The notes beneath the pieces are model-generated. The model was not told the DNA's origin and searched no databases. It saw nothing but the letters and a program-made list of their open reading frames with translations. 64,000 nt of DNA. Source: Guillardia theta CCMP2712. Lineage: Eukaryota > Protista > Cryptophyta. Below, one piece after another: positions 25,748-38,397 of this stretch. Position 1 is the stretch's first letter. Each line of letters opens with the position of its first letter. Where the stretch lies: positions 434,001 to 498,000 of the forward strand of contig NW_005434630.1 of assembly GCF_000315625.1 (NCBI RefSeq), in the 5' to 3' direction. Made by a program: the position numbers and the translations under genes.

Positions 25748-26586
25748 TCCTCCGATGTTTCAGACCTCTCAGTACCAGTTGACCATCTGCACAGAAACAA
25801 AGTTCAAAACAGAAAGAAATCTTTGGGGTGATTGATTCCCGACCCATTTTGCTCTCAATAAAAGCTGTGATATCTCCATCGTCTTTTCCTGCTTTCTTCC
25901 TACCTATTCCTTTCCAAATCTTTCTCGTTGAACCACCGACCATCTTCTACCTACGCTCTACCTTGGCTAACTCCCAATGATCTACCGCCATCACGTTTCT
26001 CTCCCAACACTCCTCTTTGATTCTCTTCTTGTCCTCAGTCGTCTCATTCCCCTCCCGTTGTTTCCTTCCTGTCAGTCTGCTGGCTGCCTTCTGCCTCCCG
26101 CCATCTTACGCTCTCTTCCCATCCCTCTCCGCCCCCGGCATTGCCTTGCCGCTTTCTCGAGAGGATCCCTTTTCCTGGGTACTGGAAATGAGAGGGGTAG
26201 GGGTACTTGGACTACCGGTTATTTGTGATCAATTTTGTGGGAAAATGTAGGTGAGGGTGAAAGCATCTGGGATAAGATGAGACAGCTTTTAAATATTAGT
26301 CAAAATACAAATCCAAAGACAGCAAAAATGGAATGCAATCCAAATTTGCTGCCTTGTATTACTCGGAGGCGGACCCAGTGGAGCGCAGGAATCGGGGAGA
26401 AGTCGTAAGGGGAAAAGGGAAGATGCAGGGGAAGATGGGGAAGGTAGGATGGCGGGACAGGCGACACAGGGAAGGGAGCAAGAGACTGCTCAGCAATAGG
26501 AGGAGGAGGTTGATAGTGGAGGATAGTTGTTGAGTGGAGCAGTCTGCAGGAACGAGGAAAGGTGTGCCAGGGCTGCGATCGATACC

Positions 26587-29500
26587 ATGCCCAAGAGCGA
26601 AGTTTTGCAACTCGTGAAGGCCGTAGTCGATCCTGAGAAAGGCCCAGAGGAGAGGCAGAATGCCTTTGAAGCGCTCGCAGCCATGATCAGGGCGGGACCG
26701 GATGTGGCGATCTCCTTGAGCGACCCCTTCTCCGCCAATGACGACGTATTTGAGTCCTTCTTAGGATTGATCTCTTCCTCTGGCCCAGCAGAATCTGAAA
26801 GTTTGCTAAGCATACTGAAGATGATGGTTGGCGAGATCGGAATGAGCATGCCTCACTTCAGAAAGACGCTGCTGCTGGCGTTCTGTGAACAAGGGTGGTC
26901 AGCAAAGGCCGTCCAGATCCTGCAGATGAAGCTGTCGCTGCTAAACATAGGGGACGCTCTCCAACCGACTTCTTCCTTCTTCTGGCTGGAAGGAAGTCAC
27001 GCGGGAATCTATCTTGGAGGGAACTCAGATTGGTTTCTGAATGAGGGCTACACCTTTGAAGCCAAAGTGTGGAAAGAGAACTGCCCGGAAAACGCGAACA
27101 CAACCCTGTTTGCTGTTCTGAGCAGCGAGGACTATCATGGAAGGGAGTCGTTCCTGATCAGGGTCCACCTCAAATCCTCGAGGGTGAAGATCACAATCGG
27201 GGACAAAGCTGCGGCGCTGGAGTTCGACTCTGGGCTGGCATTGCCGTCGTGCGAGTGAGAACGCTTTCCTTGTAGTCCTGAGGTGAAGGAGGGCTGACGA
27301 TGGTACAGGTGGTGTAACATAACCGTCTCTCACTACCATGACAAGAGGATCATGAAGCCAAGTCAGCTTATTGTCGCCGTCAACAACGAGGAGGCCAGGA
27401 CGGCGGTCAGGTGCGAGCGAGAACGACTCGCATGCTAGCCCCTCCTCTCATGCCTACTGCAGATATCCGTCTGCCATGGGAAGAATCCGTGCTTACTTCG
27501 GCTGCTCGGGGTATCAATCAGCTCTACAGGGATCTGGCTCCTTCAGGGGCCTGGCAAGAGATGTTCGCTTCTGGGCAAGGGCGTTCTCGGCTGAAGAGGT
27601 CAAGAGGGCACGAGGAGGAGACTCGAGCCGGGAGCAACTCGCGCATCCTCTCTTTGCTGCCTCTGCAGGCTCCCTCCCCTTCTTGTCTGAGTCGATGGAG
27701 AAGTGCTCCGAGCTGCCGGAGCTCGACAGCAACTCGAGGTGCCTTGGGGAGGTGACGGTGCTGAACAACTACCATGCTGTTGAGGCACTGGAGAACCTGG
27801 GTGGGATGAAGGTACTCCTCCTTCTCCTCCTCGCCTCTTTCAGGATCCCGAATCCTACTGGAAAGGCCGAAACTCTTGCTTGTACTGTCTTGGACCTCAT
27901 GCACAACTTCCTGCTGCTGACGGACTCGCTTCCGACTGCGGTGTCCGAGGGAGGGGAGGGCTGCGAATGGCTGGTGCTGGTCTCCGGCTTCTCCAACGTC
28001 CTCTTCGAACTACCGTTGGAATGTCGGACGAGGGAAGTCATGGAGAGAGTCTGTAAGATCACCAGAAGCATGTGGGAACGCAGCAAACCAAGCTCTACTC
28101 CCCCTCCCTCCGCTCAAGGCAGCGGACAGGCAGATGTCAACTTGGCACAGCACTTTGTCAAAGTCTGTCTGCTCAACGGCCGGGAGTGGAGCTCGTGCTA
28201 TCAGGAGGGGTTCTCGGGCTGCTTGTTGGAGCATGCGGTGGGATGGTCGAGGAGCGATCCGCAGCTGCTCCTGCATACCGATGACCTGGCAGGGATTCTA
28301 CTGCGGCTGTCGTCTTGGCATGCATGCAAGGAGGCACACGCTAACGACTGTCCCCTGTGCGTGCAAATGGCGGAATGCTGCTGCAACCTCCTAGTGCACA
28401 GCAGCGAGATCAAAGCCCAGCTCGATTCCCTCAAGATTTTGTTGGTGGGGAGGATGAATACTGCCCACACATGTAAGGTTGCGCTGCTGACATTCATGAG
28501 ATATCTGGAACATTACAACTCGTCAAGGCAGGGAAGTCTTCGATTTCCATCTTGTCCTGCAGACCTTGCAACTATCTCCATCTTCATCATGAAGGACAGG
28601 AGGAGTTTCGACAAGATTTTCGCTACCGCCCTGCGTGTCCTTGCTTTGCACCTTATATCGTCATCTGACGAGGTCAAGAGGGACTTTGAATCCTCTGGAG
28701 GGTACAAGACGCTGCAGATGAGTCTGTGCTCAAGAGAGCTTGACGGCGAGCAGCAAGACGTCTGTGTTCGTTGTCTGCTGATCATGGTCGTCGAGGAAGA
28801 GGTGGACGTGAAGCAAGACCTCAAAGGTGAGGTCCGCAACACCCGGGCGCTGGAAGTCCTGCTGGCTTTCTTGGAGGTCTGCTGTAACAGAGTGAGGAAG
28901 GCAGCAGTGAATGATGTTGCAACTCTGCTGCGGACATCGGCGAACAGCTGCAAGAGGATCCTCGAGATCCCTTCCTGGCCCGATCGCTTCCTCACCTTAA
29001 TCCATGGCATAGGAGAAGAGGAGGGCAAGAACGCTGGAGAGGATCTGTTTCCCTCCGTTGACCTCCTCTTCTCGCGCATCATCTCGAGCATGGCTGGGAC
29101 GGAGGAAGGAAATTCAGCGATGCAGGAGATTTTCTTTGCCTTCGGACGATACCGAGGAAGTGTGCAGGCGATGGAGGGGACGGACTTCGAGTTGAGCATC
29201 AAGAAGAGGTGAGAGGGGCCGAGGCGGGAAGGAAAATAGACAGACAGACAGAGTAGGAAAGCAGGGAGGGAGATAAGGAAGAGGAGAAACGAAGGGAGGC
29301 TGAGAGGGAAAGGGGGAAGGAAGATGGGAGAGTAAGGTCACTGTTTGAATGATTTTTCTTGCAGCGCATGGCGGATACTGGATGTCATTGTTGATCGTGT
29401 GAAGGAGGAGGAAGCTCGAACCTCGGCGGTCATTGCAGGAGGAGTGGTTGTCTGCTTGTACTGCAACATCTTCCTTCACTTCACCGAGGAGAACCGGGTG

Positions 29501-32500
29501 GGATCGAGGGGAGACGCCGAGCAGAGCTTTTCCTCCTCCCCCTCCCATCCCTGGCGAGAGATCTGCCTGTCTCAGTTCGAGGAGGTGCAGAAGAGGCATG
29601 ACAGGGCTGGAACCATGTTGCTGAACAAGCTCCTCCCGGTCATGAAGAAGCTACTGGACGACCTAGAGCGCAAAGACAGTTTGCAAGCTTCAGTCTTCTG
29701 CATGTCGGGAGGACTGGAGTCGTCCTCTCCTCTCATGCGGCCATCACGTTGGTTGTTCTGCTTGTTCTCGCTCACCCTGTCGATGGTGCTGCATGAAGTC
29801 AGAGAAGCGCTCGAGGAGGACGTTCCTCCGCACCTGCTGGCAAGACTGCAGGACCACCTGGCCGTCCTAGAACTGAGCTGCCGCTTAAAATCCGACTCCA
29901 ACGACGGCAGCTTGTTTGCTACTGCTGCGGTGGTTGCCATGCATGAATGCTGCAAGACTGCTGCAAAAAAACTCTCCAACGAGGATGGAGAACGAGGAGG
30001 GGGAGGAGGAGGAGGAGGAGAGAGTGGAGAAAACTTGAAACGCCTTATCCGATTGCTAGCAGCTCGCGCGATCTCTTTCTGCCAACTGGTTGACCAGCCG
30101 ATGATCTACAACTTGTTTGCGGGTTTCACTCACAGGGCAGCTGTGGAGCAGAGAGTTCAGAAGGTGGAGAAGGAGGGAGGGCTGGAGGTTCTACACGCTC
30201 CGCTGGAGGGAGGGCTTGCTGCTTTCTCGGAATACTATGGGGGTGAGGAGGAAGAGGATCCGATGGTGAGAAGAGAGGAGGTAGGGAAGAGTTTGGCCGC
30301 TCTAGCCGACGATTCTCAGCAGGATCGAAAGGAGGAGGCGCAAGATGACAAGGAGGGGAGGGGACTACAGCAGAGTGCAGCGGACCGAGGGGGTGAAGTT
30401 CAGAGGGAAGGAGAGAGTAAGGAGGGGGGAGAGGAGGACAACCCCCTTGCAGCGTTTGAAAGCGTAAAATGGTCTCTTCCCGAAGTTGCAGGGCACGTCA
30501 GATCGAGCGAGCAGCTGCTGCATCGGATGTCAGCGAACTGGAGGGTGATGTGGAACGAGAAGATCGTTGAGGGCGAGAGAAGCGCGGGGGACGAGGCGGT
30601 TGATGCGAGTATGGCCAACCACCTCAAGAGCTCGTTCGAGCTCATGAGGGGGAGGTGCTCGAAGACAGAGAGCATTAGGGTCGAGAGGACCGCACAGGAG
30701 GTGGAGGAGCTGAGGATTAAGACCTCCTGCCATATGAGCGCGGTCGTCAACATGGTGGAGCCGATCTTCTGCCAGGCAGGGGACGTCTTCAGCCAGCTCT
30801 GCATCGAGCACGGCATCTTCAACAAGAACGCTCTGCACTTGTCAAGGCTGTGCCTGGACTTCAAAGAGAACTCCAGGAGGCAGCGATACATCCTGAGGCG
30901 CAACGATGAGTTTGTTGAGTACAAGAGGAGGGACGTGGCAAAGCTCGAAAAGATGGAGAAGAGATCTGTTCCGACCATCTTGAAAGAGACTGTTGCCAAG
31001 ATCATCTCACTGACTCGGGAAAGGAAGGGGGCGGAAGGGTATGAGAGCACCGAGGAGTTCGACAGTGGGGACGAGCAGCAGAACGAGCAGGTTCAGTTCG
31101 ACGATGACGAATGGACGGACGTGGCGTTGCAGGGGGGGGAGGCAGGAGAAGAGGGGGAGAGTGTCAAGGTCGATAGGGACCTCAACCTGCTTCTCCTCGA
31201 ATGCTGTGCGCGCATGATCACTGTCAGCGGCATCTGCCACGGCACCTTCTCCCTCTACAGCTCTTCCATCGTGTTCAAGCCGGACTCCTCGCGAACCCTG
31301 TCAAACCTGACCATGAGGGACGATGAGGCGTCGCTCAAGAGCATGATGCAGAGAGCGTACTGCTGGGACCTGTCGGACCTCACGGAGCTGCAGAGCAGGA
31401 GGTACATGCACCGCACATCGGCGCTCGAGCTGTTCTTCATGCATCAGCCCCCTGTCCTCCTGGACTTCAGCCACGTCGAGCTCTCAGGAGAAGGAGGGGA
31501 GGAGGCGAAGTGCGGAGGAGGAGATCGCTATGTTAACCAGGCAAAGAAGGTCTACAAGGAGATCCTGAAGCAGCGGAAGAAGACTTCTCTCCGCAGGAGC
31601 TTCTTCCGCAACCCCAGGAGAGCGCTGCTCAAGTACAAGCTGCAGGAGATGTGGATCGATCGTCGCCTATCCAACTTTGAGTACCTCATGCTCCTCAACT
31701 CCTTTGCTGGGAGGTCGCACAACGACCTGACCCAGTACCCTGTCTTTCCTTGGATCCTGCAAGACCACACCTCCAATGAGCTCGACCTTACGCAAGCCGC
31801 GTCCTTCCGTGACCTCTCGAAGCCCATCGGAGCTCAGCACGAGCAGCAGGTGGCGAAGCTCCAGGAGAGGTTTGAGGGGATGCAGGATGTGGAGCAGCAG
31901 CCCTTTCACTATGGCACACACTACTCGACCCCGGGTAATTTAACTCCCCGCTCCTCCCCCTATTCTCCTCCTTATCCTCCTCCTCTTTTTCCCTACAGTC
32001 TCTTCCTACGTCATCGTTGCTCTACCTCAATAATCCCACTCTCCTCTTTCTGCACGCCCCAAGTCCTTTCATCCTTGTCCTCTGACTTAGGCTGTCTCCA
32101 CGTCTTGGCATCTTTCCTCTCACACACATTCGCAACTACTCCTACACAATATTCGCTCCCTCCCTTCTTCCTTTCATTTCTCCAATCTCCATCCTCCAAC
32201 GCGCCTCTAACGAATCCCTTCTCCATCCCCCCCGCTGCTCCTCTTCTTCCTTCCTGACTCTTCGTACAGGATACGTGCTGTGGTACCTCATCCGCCTTGA
32301 GCCCTTCACCAAGATGGCGGTGCATCTGCAGGGGGGTCACTTCGACGTCCCCGACCGTCTCTTCTGGAGCGTCGGGGAAACTTTCAAGAACTGCACGACG
32401 AGCATCAACGACGTCAAAGAGCTGATCCCCGAGTTCTTCTACCTCCCCGAGTTCCTCCTCAACCGCGCCGCGCAGGACTTCGGGGAGACGCAGTCCCGAG

Positions 32501-34619
32501 GACGAGTCTCGCACGTCGTCCTCCCGCCCTGGGCCAAGGGCGACAGCACTCGCTTCGTCCACATGATGCGGCTGGCGCTGGAGAGCGAACAGGTCTCGAG
32601 CCACCTGCACGAGTGGGTGGACCTTGTCTTCGGGCACAAGCAGCAGGGGGCAGAGGCGGTGAAGGCAACCAACGTGTTTCACTTCCTCTCCTACGAGAAT
32701 CAGGTGGACTTGGAGAAGATCTCGGACCCCGAGGAACGGAGGGCAGTCGAGGCTCAGATCGCGGACTATGGTCAGACCCCTCGCCAGCTCTTTCGCTCTC
32801 CCCATCCTCGCAGGAAGGAGTCGAACTCTGTGCCAAGGCCAATCTTCTACGACATCCTTTTGTTCCGTGGGCTGGTGGATGAGAGGAGGAAGAGCTCTTC
32901 CCCGGTCTTCGGGACATTCACCTCCTTCCCTATCGCCTCCTCTGGGACAGGAAGCCCCGGGATGGTAGTGGGAGGGACGTACGGCAACTCCCTCCTCACG
33001 ATCTCTGTGGATGGAGTCGTGGAACGATGGGCATGGGATGCGAATGTGAGCTCGAACGGGAGACCCTTCAAGGCAGAGAAGATCTCGGATGCTCACAAGG
33101 TTTCGCCACTGCAGGCAGCCAAGAGCGTCGCCAAGGGAGTGAAGGGCTTCATGCAGACAGGAGACCTGCCGTCCCTCTCCTCCATCTTCAGCGCCTCAAA
33201 GGCCTCCCTTGCTCCCCTCCTCGGCGGTGGGAGTGCCTGGGGCTACGCTCACGGCACTTGCGTATGTCTCCCTCGCCATCCCAGCCAACGATGCGAGCAG
33301 GTCCTGATCTTCCAGGGTGGCTTCGGAGGAGGAGAGGTCGTCGTGTACACGTGCAGCCCGTCCTCTCCTCCCAAGAAGACACAAACGAGGAGGCTTCACT
33401 CGAGCTGCGTGACCTGCATCGCAACATCTGAGCGCTATGAGGGTCTCGTCGATGTCCGTCTGATCACAGGCGGGGCTGATGGCTGTGTGAAGATCTGGAA
33501 ACTCCTGCTGACACAGTCGGTAGGGACAAAAATCTGAAATTTCCTCCCTCCCTCCTTCCGTCCCTCCTTCCCTCCCTCCTTTCNNNNNNNNNNNNNNNNN
33601 NNNNNNNNNNNNNNNNNNNNNNNNNNNNNNNNNNNNNNNNNNNNNNNNNNNNNNNNNNNNNNNNNNNNNNNNNNNNNNNNNNNTTGCCCCTCTTGTCCCG
33701 AGCTAACAATAAGTTTTTCTAGACTCTGCTTGATCGGCAGGTCAGACTGAGCAACGCTCCACTTCCTTGCCTGCCCGTTGCTGTGCTCAACTCTCATGTT
33801 TCACCCGTCATCTGCCTCTCAGTCTGCATGCCCATCGACCTCCTCGTCGACGGATCCGCCGATGGTACGGATCGATGATTCTGGTTTCCCCCCTCAATAG
33901 CCGTTGATGTTCATCGCAGGAAGGATCACTGTACACAGGATGTCAACGTCAGAGCATGTGAAGACCATCCGGTGCCCGAGCAAGTTGAGGATGGAGGTGT
34001 GAGAGCTCGGGAAGCAGAAATCTCTCCTCTGACTCCCCGTTCTTCTTCCTTCAGGTTGTGAGGATCATAGAGAACGGACTCCTGCTGGCGTACTCGCGCC
34101 AAGACAACTTGTTGCGTGCGTATGCACTGGCAGGAGACGAGATTGCAAGTTTCTCCTTCGGCTCCTCAGTCATGACTTGCCTTACTGCCTCCTCCTGCGG
34201 GAACTATGTGTTTGCCGGTGAGTTCAATCCCCTGGCTTCCTCCTACTCATGATCGTCCGCAACAACCTGGCCTTCCCTCCCCTTCCTCCACAAAGCAAGC
34301 GGGTCGATCTTTCAGTCTGATAGTTGTTTGTAGGTGAATCGACAGGAAATATAAGGATCCTCGAGGTTCCCTTCCTCTCCGAGCTACAAACTCTCTCCCC
34401 TACCAACAGCACAGGTCTTCAATCACGACAGATCTGACTAGACGGAAAGCTGATGACGTGTGCTCAGGGCGCGTTGACTTCATCGTGCTCAGCCCATGCA
34501 ACAACTACTTGCTGTGCGGCTATAGGAGCGGACATGTCGAGCTTGTTACAGACAAGGGACAACTATTGGATCAAAAGAAAAAAGCGTTGGAGGATCTTGG
34601 GATATATGGACTGCTGTGA
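26587..34619 (+). CDS. BEACH-domain protein (ConA-like, ARM-like, PH-BEACH, WD40); neurobeachin/NBEAL-like
   Basis: RRYMHRTSALELFF (PH), WIDRRLSNFEYLMLLNSFAGRSHNDLTQYPVFPW, FHYGTHYS, DVKELIPEFFYLPEFL, YGQTPRQLFRSPHP, followed by WD40 repeats; an assembly gap lies in an intron. Confidence 0.93.
33584..33683. other. Assembly gap (100 N)
   Basis: Run of N next to a pyrimidine microsatellite. Confidence 0.99.
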
Positions 34620-34693
34620 GAATGTGATTTCACTCTTGTTTATGTACAGAGAAGAAAAGAGGTAACTCTACATCATAACATTGCTCCACTTCA

Positions 34694-34912
34694 TCAATTG
34701 TATTCGAAGTCCATATTGTGGTGCTTGTCGTATACTTCAGGATTTCGCTTGCTCCATGGCTTGGTGAGCTTGGCATGGTGACTCACTTTGTTGTGATTGG
34801 TCTGCTTGCTTGCGACAGCAAACTTTTCACGGAGGAACTGACTTTGCTTGGACTGCTCCTTGAGGATCTTAGAGATGACACGAGGAAGGTTCTGCAGAAG
34901 CTTGGCAGGCAT
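34694..34912 (-). CDS. Small basic hypothetical protein (72 aa)
   Basis: Intronless ORF MPAKLLQNLPRVISKILKEQ... with host-like codon usage and a TATAAAA about 200 nt upstream (~35110-35116, - strand). Confidence 0.45.
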   Translation of the reverse strand: MPAKLLQNLPRVISKILKEQSKQSQFLREKFAVASKQTNHNKVSHHAKLTKPWSKRNPEVYDKHHNMDFEYN

Positions 34913-36033
34913 GTCGATGCGATCAAATCAAACGAAAATCAAGAACACGAAGGGTAGACGATCGGGATGGGTTTGGGTCTTGCAGAAGACTCAGAGGGCT
35001 TGTAAGAAGATCGAAAAAGATAGGAGGGAGGGATGGAACCTCGTAACGAAGGAAACCAGGGAGGTGGGAGGAGAAGGTTGAACTTGGTAGGCGAAGGTCA
35101 GGCCATCGCTTTTATAACCCCACACAGGGAGCAACTTCTGCAGGGTAGGGTAGCCTTTGGCTAGGGGTAGTAAGTGTGAAGAAGGGAACAAGGAAGGGTG
35201 TAAGTCTAATTCAATGATAGTCCATAGAGGGGTGTGTTTGCAGACTAGCTCGATTTGTATGGGGTGGGTACTCAAACCTTGGGGTGCGATAGAGAGGGGG
35301 GGTGGGGACTTCGGGTACAAGAATCGTCACTTTGCTCCAAATTTTAAAAGAGGAAAAATAGTTATAATTTTCAAAACATTTGAAGTCGATGCTCTATCAT
35401 CGTCTCAATTGAAACTTCAAAACAAATATTTCCGAGGATGTATCAAATGTTTATATCATCATTGTTACATTTACATGTGCCCATCTTTGTGGCGGTTGCA
35501 TTCGAAACAAAGTCTTTTTCTGCTCTTTTGAAATTGAAAACTTTCATTTTCCGATTATATATATAGATATAACAACAACACACGAATAATTTAAAAGGTT
35601 TTCTTTTGAAGATTTCTAAATTTGTATTTATACAATGTTTTAGAAACATCTTTAGATCTTTCTGTCAGCGGCCCCACCTCTATAAATTCATTTTTAAAAA
35701 CTTCTACCCCTCATCCCCCCACATCCTTTCTGAGTTCCTTCTCAGATTCCTTCTGGTTCCTTCCAGGGTTCCTTCTGCAGTTCTTTATTGCGCGAGGCAG
35801 CACCACGACACCAACTAGTAGGGGCAAGGGTGGGGGTGGGGTCCAGTAATGGGAGGGTAGGGTACATCACACACCCGCCTTTATTCCCTCCAGAAATATA
35901 ACATATGAGGGGTACACATGAAAATAATGCTGACTGCAACTCTATAGGTGGGGTAGTCATTAGAAGGGCATGGTGGAATTCATGTGCGCTCCTCGAGTTC
36001 ACCAAGTGCACTTGCTAGATCCCATATAGCTCG

Positions 36034-36899
36034 ATGCACATGCTGGGAGACGGATCAGCGACGACATGCAGTAGGGAGGGCAAACCTGTCGTTGACGGCA
36101 CAAGCAACATAGTGCTAGGTACCAGGAACGACCTTCACTGTTCTGGGACAGTCTGGCCAGCCGCACATGCACTTTTCTCCTACCTGCGATCTCATGACAT
36201 GTATGGAAAGGCGGTGCTCGAGTTAGGATCAGGCACGGGTTGGTTGGGTCTACAGCTGGGACGCGTTTTCCCTGAATCACACCAAGTCTGCACAGACCAT
36301 CCAGACTACATGCATGCACTCATTGAAAGCTTGTCTGAAAATTCACTCCCCAACGTCGAAGCTCGCGAACTTGACTGGGCGGCGCCATGGCCTGACGAAG
36401 AGTTCAATAAGTTCACCATGGTGATAGGGTAACCGATGATTTGCCTAGAGCACAGAGAAACACTGATGCCTCATTTCGCAGGTCGGATCTTGTTTACAAT
36501 GTCTATCTGACCAAGGTGTTAGCAAGTTGTTGGCGGAGAATTCTGGATGCTAGCAGCAACGTGCGGATAGTATACGCCCACATGCTGCACCGCTGGCAGG
36601 ATGCCGGTGTGGATTGGCCGTTGCACGAGGCGTGTGTATCGCATGGCATCGGTCTGCACGTGTTGGAAGTGAACGGATCGCAGAGATCTGAGGACCGTAA
36701 CGTGGACGAGATTCCCCAAGGTCAGTTCCCGGTCATCTTCCAGGTTCGATCAGGAGAGATGCCCAAGTACTCCACCGCCCTGCTCCGGTCGGCCATCACG
36801 CAGGCAGAGATGAGGAGCATGCGGGAGTGGGAGATGGCAGACGAAGACGAGCGATCGGACATTCTGATGGCAGCAGCCATAGCAGAGATTGAATGGTGA
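36034..36899 (+). CDS. SAM-dependent protein-lysine methyltransferase, family 16 (METTL21-like)
   Basis: GTVWPAAHAL, VLELGSGTGWLGL, CTD, LDW, and VIG|SDLVY joined across one intron (~36430-36481). Confidence 0.85.
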
Positions 36900-37089
36900 T
36901 CCCAGCGGGCAAGCGTTGCCATTGGGCTATGCGATGAGTGTGTCAAGATATGGTTTCATAACCAACTCATCAGAAGTGATGAGGTCTTATTCGACGAGAT
37001 GTTCTCTTGCTTTGTCTGGTTCCGACAGTCCGAGCGCTACCAAGGCGATCTGGTCAGGAACCGCTACAATGCAGCTTCCCTGGAGTTTT

Positions 37090-37166
37090 ATGAGGCAATG
37101 ACAACAGTAGCGTTCTCGTCTCTACTTGCTTAAGAGGAATGTATTGAAGAACAGAAACACGGGTTG
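37090..37166 (+). repeat. 77-bp imperfect direct repeat, copy 1 (copy 2 at 50942-51018)
   Basis: atgaggcaatgacaacagtagcgttc...gaggaatgtattgaagaacagaa..gggttg; 8 mismatches in 77 by manual alignment. Confidence 0.9.
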
Positions 37167-37611
37167 GAGACAGTTTTGTAGCACTCGAAGGACAATCTTT
37201 ACATTTTAGTTTTCAATTCACGTGATAGACATCACACTGCTGCAGCCACACCTTCAAGTGAATAAACACATCCTGTCTTGTGTATGAAACTGGAAATCAG
37301 ATGTCGAAGTGTCACTGGAAGAAGAAGTAACAAAGTATATAGCGTCTTTGCCCCCTTCAACCTAGTCAAGCTCATCCATCAGCAATCCGCGCTCTAGCTC
37401 CTTCAACGTGCCTGATCCACCAACTCGCCACAAGCCCCATGCCACAAATTTCGATGTTGTCTTCGGACGACACTAGTACAATTCCAATATGCCCACAAAC
37501 ACCTTCCAGTCCCAGTTATCCCAGCAGCGCTGCTTGATTCAGGTTGAAACATTCTTTTCAGTGAAATATATCCCTGCCATGTTTCGATTGTACTGCTCCA
37601 AGGGAAAAAAT

Positions 37612-37739
37612 GCACAAGTCGACGTACCCGCCGCGTCGCTGTAGTACCCTACTCCACATGCTGTGCAAGCCGACGTACCCGCCGCGTCGCTGTAGTACCC
37701 TACTCTACATACCGTGCAAGCCGACGTACCCGCCGCGTC
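37612..37739 (-). repeat. 51-bp tandem repeat (about 2.5 units) encoding Cys-rich CxxGYYSDAAGTSAC units
   Basis: gcaagccgacgtacccgccgcgtcgctgtagtaccctactc repeated. Confidence 0.9.
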
Positions 37740-38390
37740 CTTGGCTGGATCGTATTGTAACATGGATGGCCTTGCAGCTGTCTCGGGTGGCTGTGACGCT
37801 GGTTACTATTGCTCATTATCGGGAGGACTCGAAGCACGGCCGAACGGAACAACTTCAGGTTTCGGTCCTTGCCCACCTTGTCCGGTTGGAACTGTGCAAC
37901 CAATCAGTTGTCCACCAGGAACATTCTCTGGGGTTGTATTGTACTGAGTGAAACTGCAAATGATTGCCAAAGCTGCTCGGCACGATACTTCTGCCTACAG
38001 AGAACACCAGCATACCACAAACTTGTCCAGAGGGATTCTACTGTCCATCATGAACGATTAATCCACGTAAAAATGACTGTCCGATTGGCAGTGAATGTCC
38101 CGCAGGTCGGTTTTATCCCAAACCATGCAATGCAGGTTACTACCAAGATCAAGTAGGCCAGAGCGCCTGCAAGGTGCTGTCCTATGTCCGTCGGGGTCCT
38201 ACTGCCCTTCTGGAACCAGCGTTGCACATCCTTGCAGCCCCGGGACATACGGGCCTTCACCAGGGCTGGCCGCTTGCCAGGGGTGCCCGAGCGGGAAAGC
38301 ATGCGTACAGCCAGGGACCATCACGCCGACGGTATGTCCGCGGCAGGATACTACTGCGAGTCGAACAGCTCGTCGCCTACTCCGAAATGA
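37740..38390 (+). pseudogene. Fragment of a Cys-rich (GCC2/GCC3, ephrin-receptor-like) repeat protein
   Basis: CDAGYYC, CPPGTFS, CNAGYYQDQVGQSAC, CPSGSYCPSGT..PCSPGTY, AGYYCESNSSSPTP in shifting frames with stops. Confidence 0.75.
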
Positions 38391-38397
38391 CGCAGTC

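Noticed and set aside
36897-37133. In-frame TGA followed by an open frame after the methyltransferase (possible selenocysteine or readthrough)
   Set aside because: The methyltransferase is already complete, the downstream sequence belongs to the fragment island and hits TAA, and no SECIS was recognised
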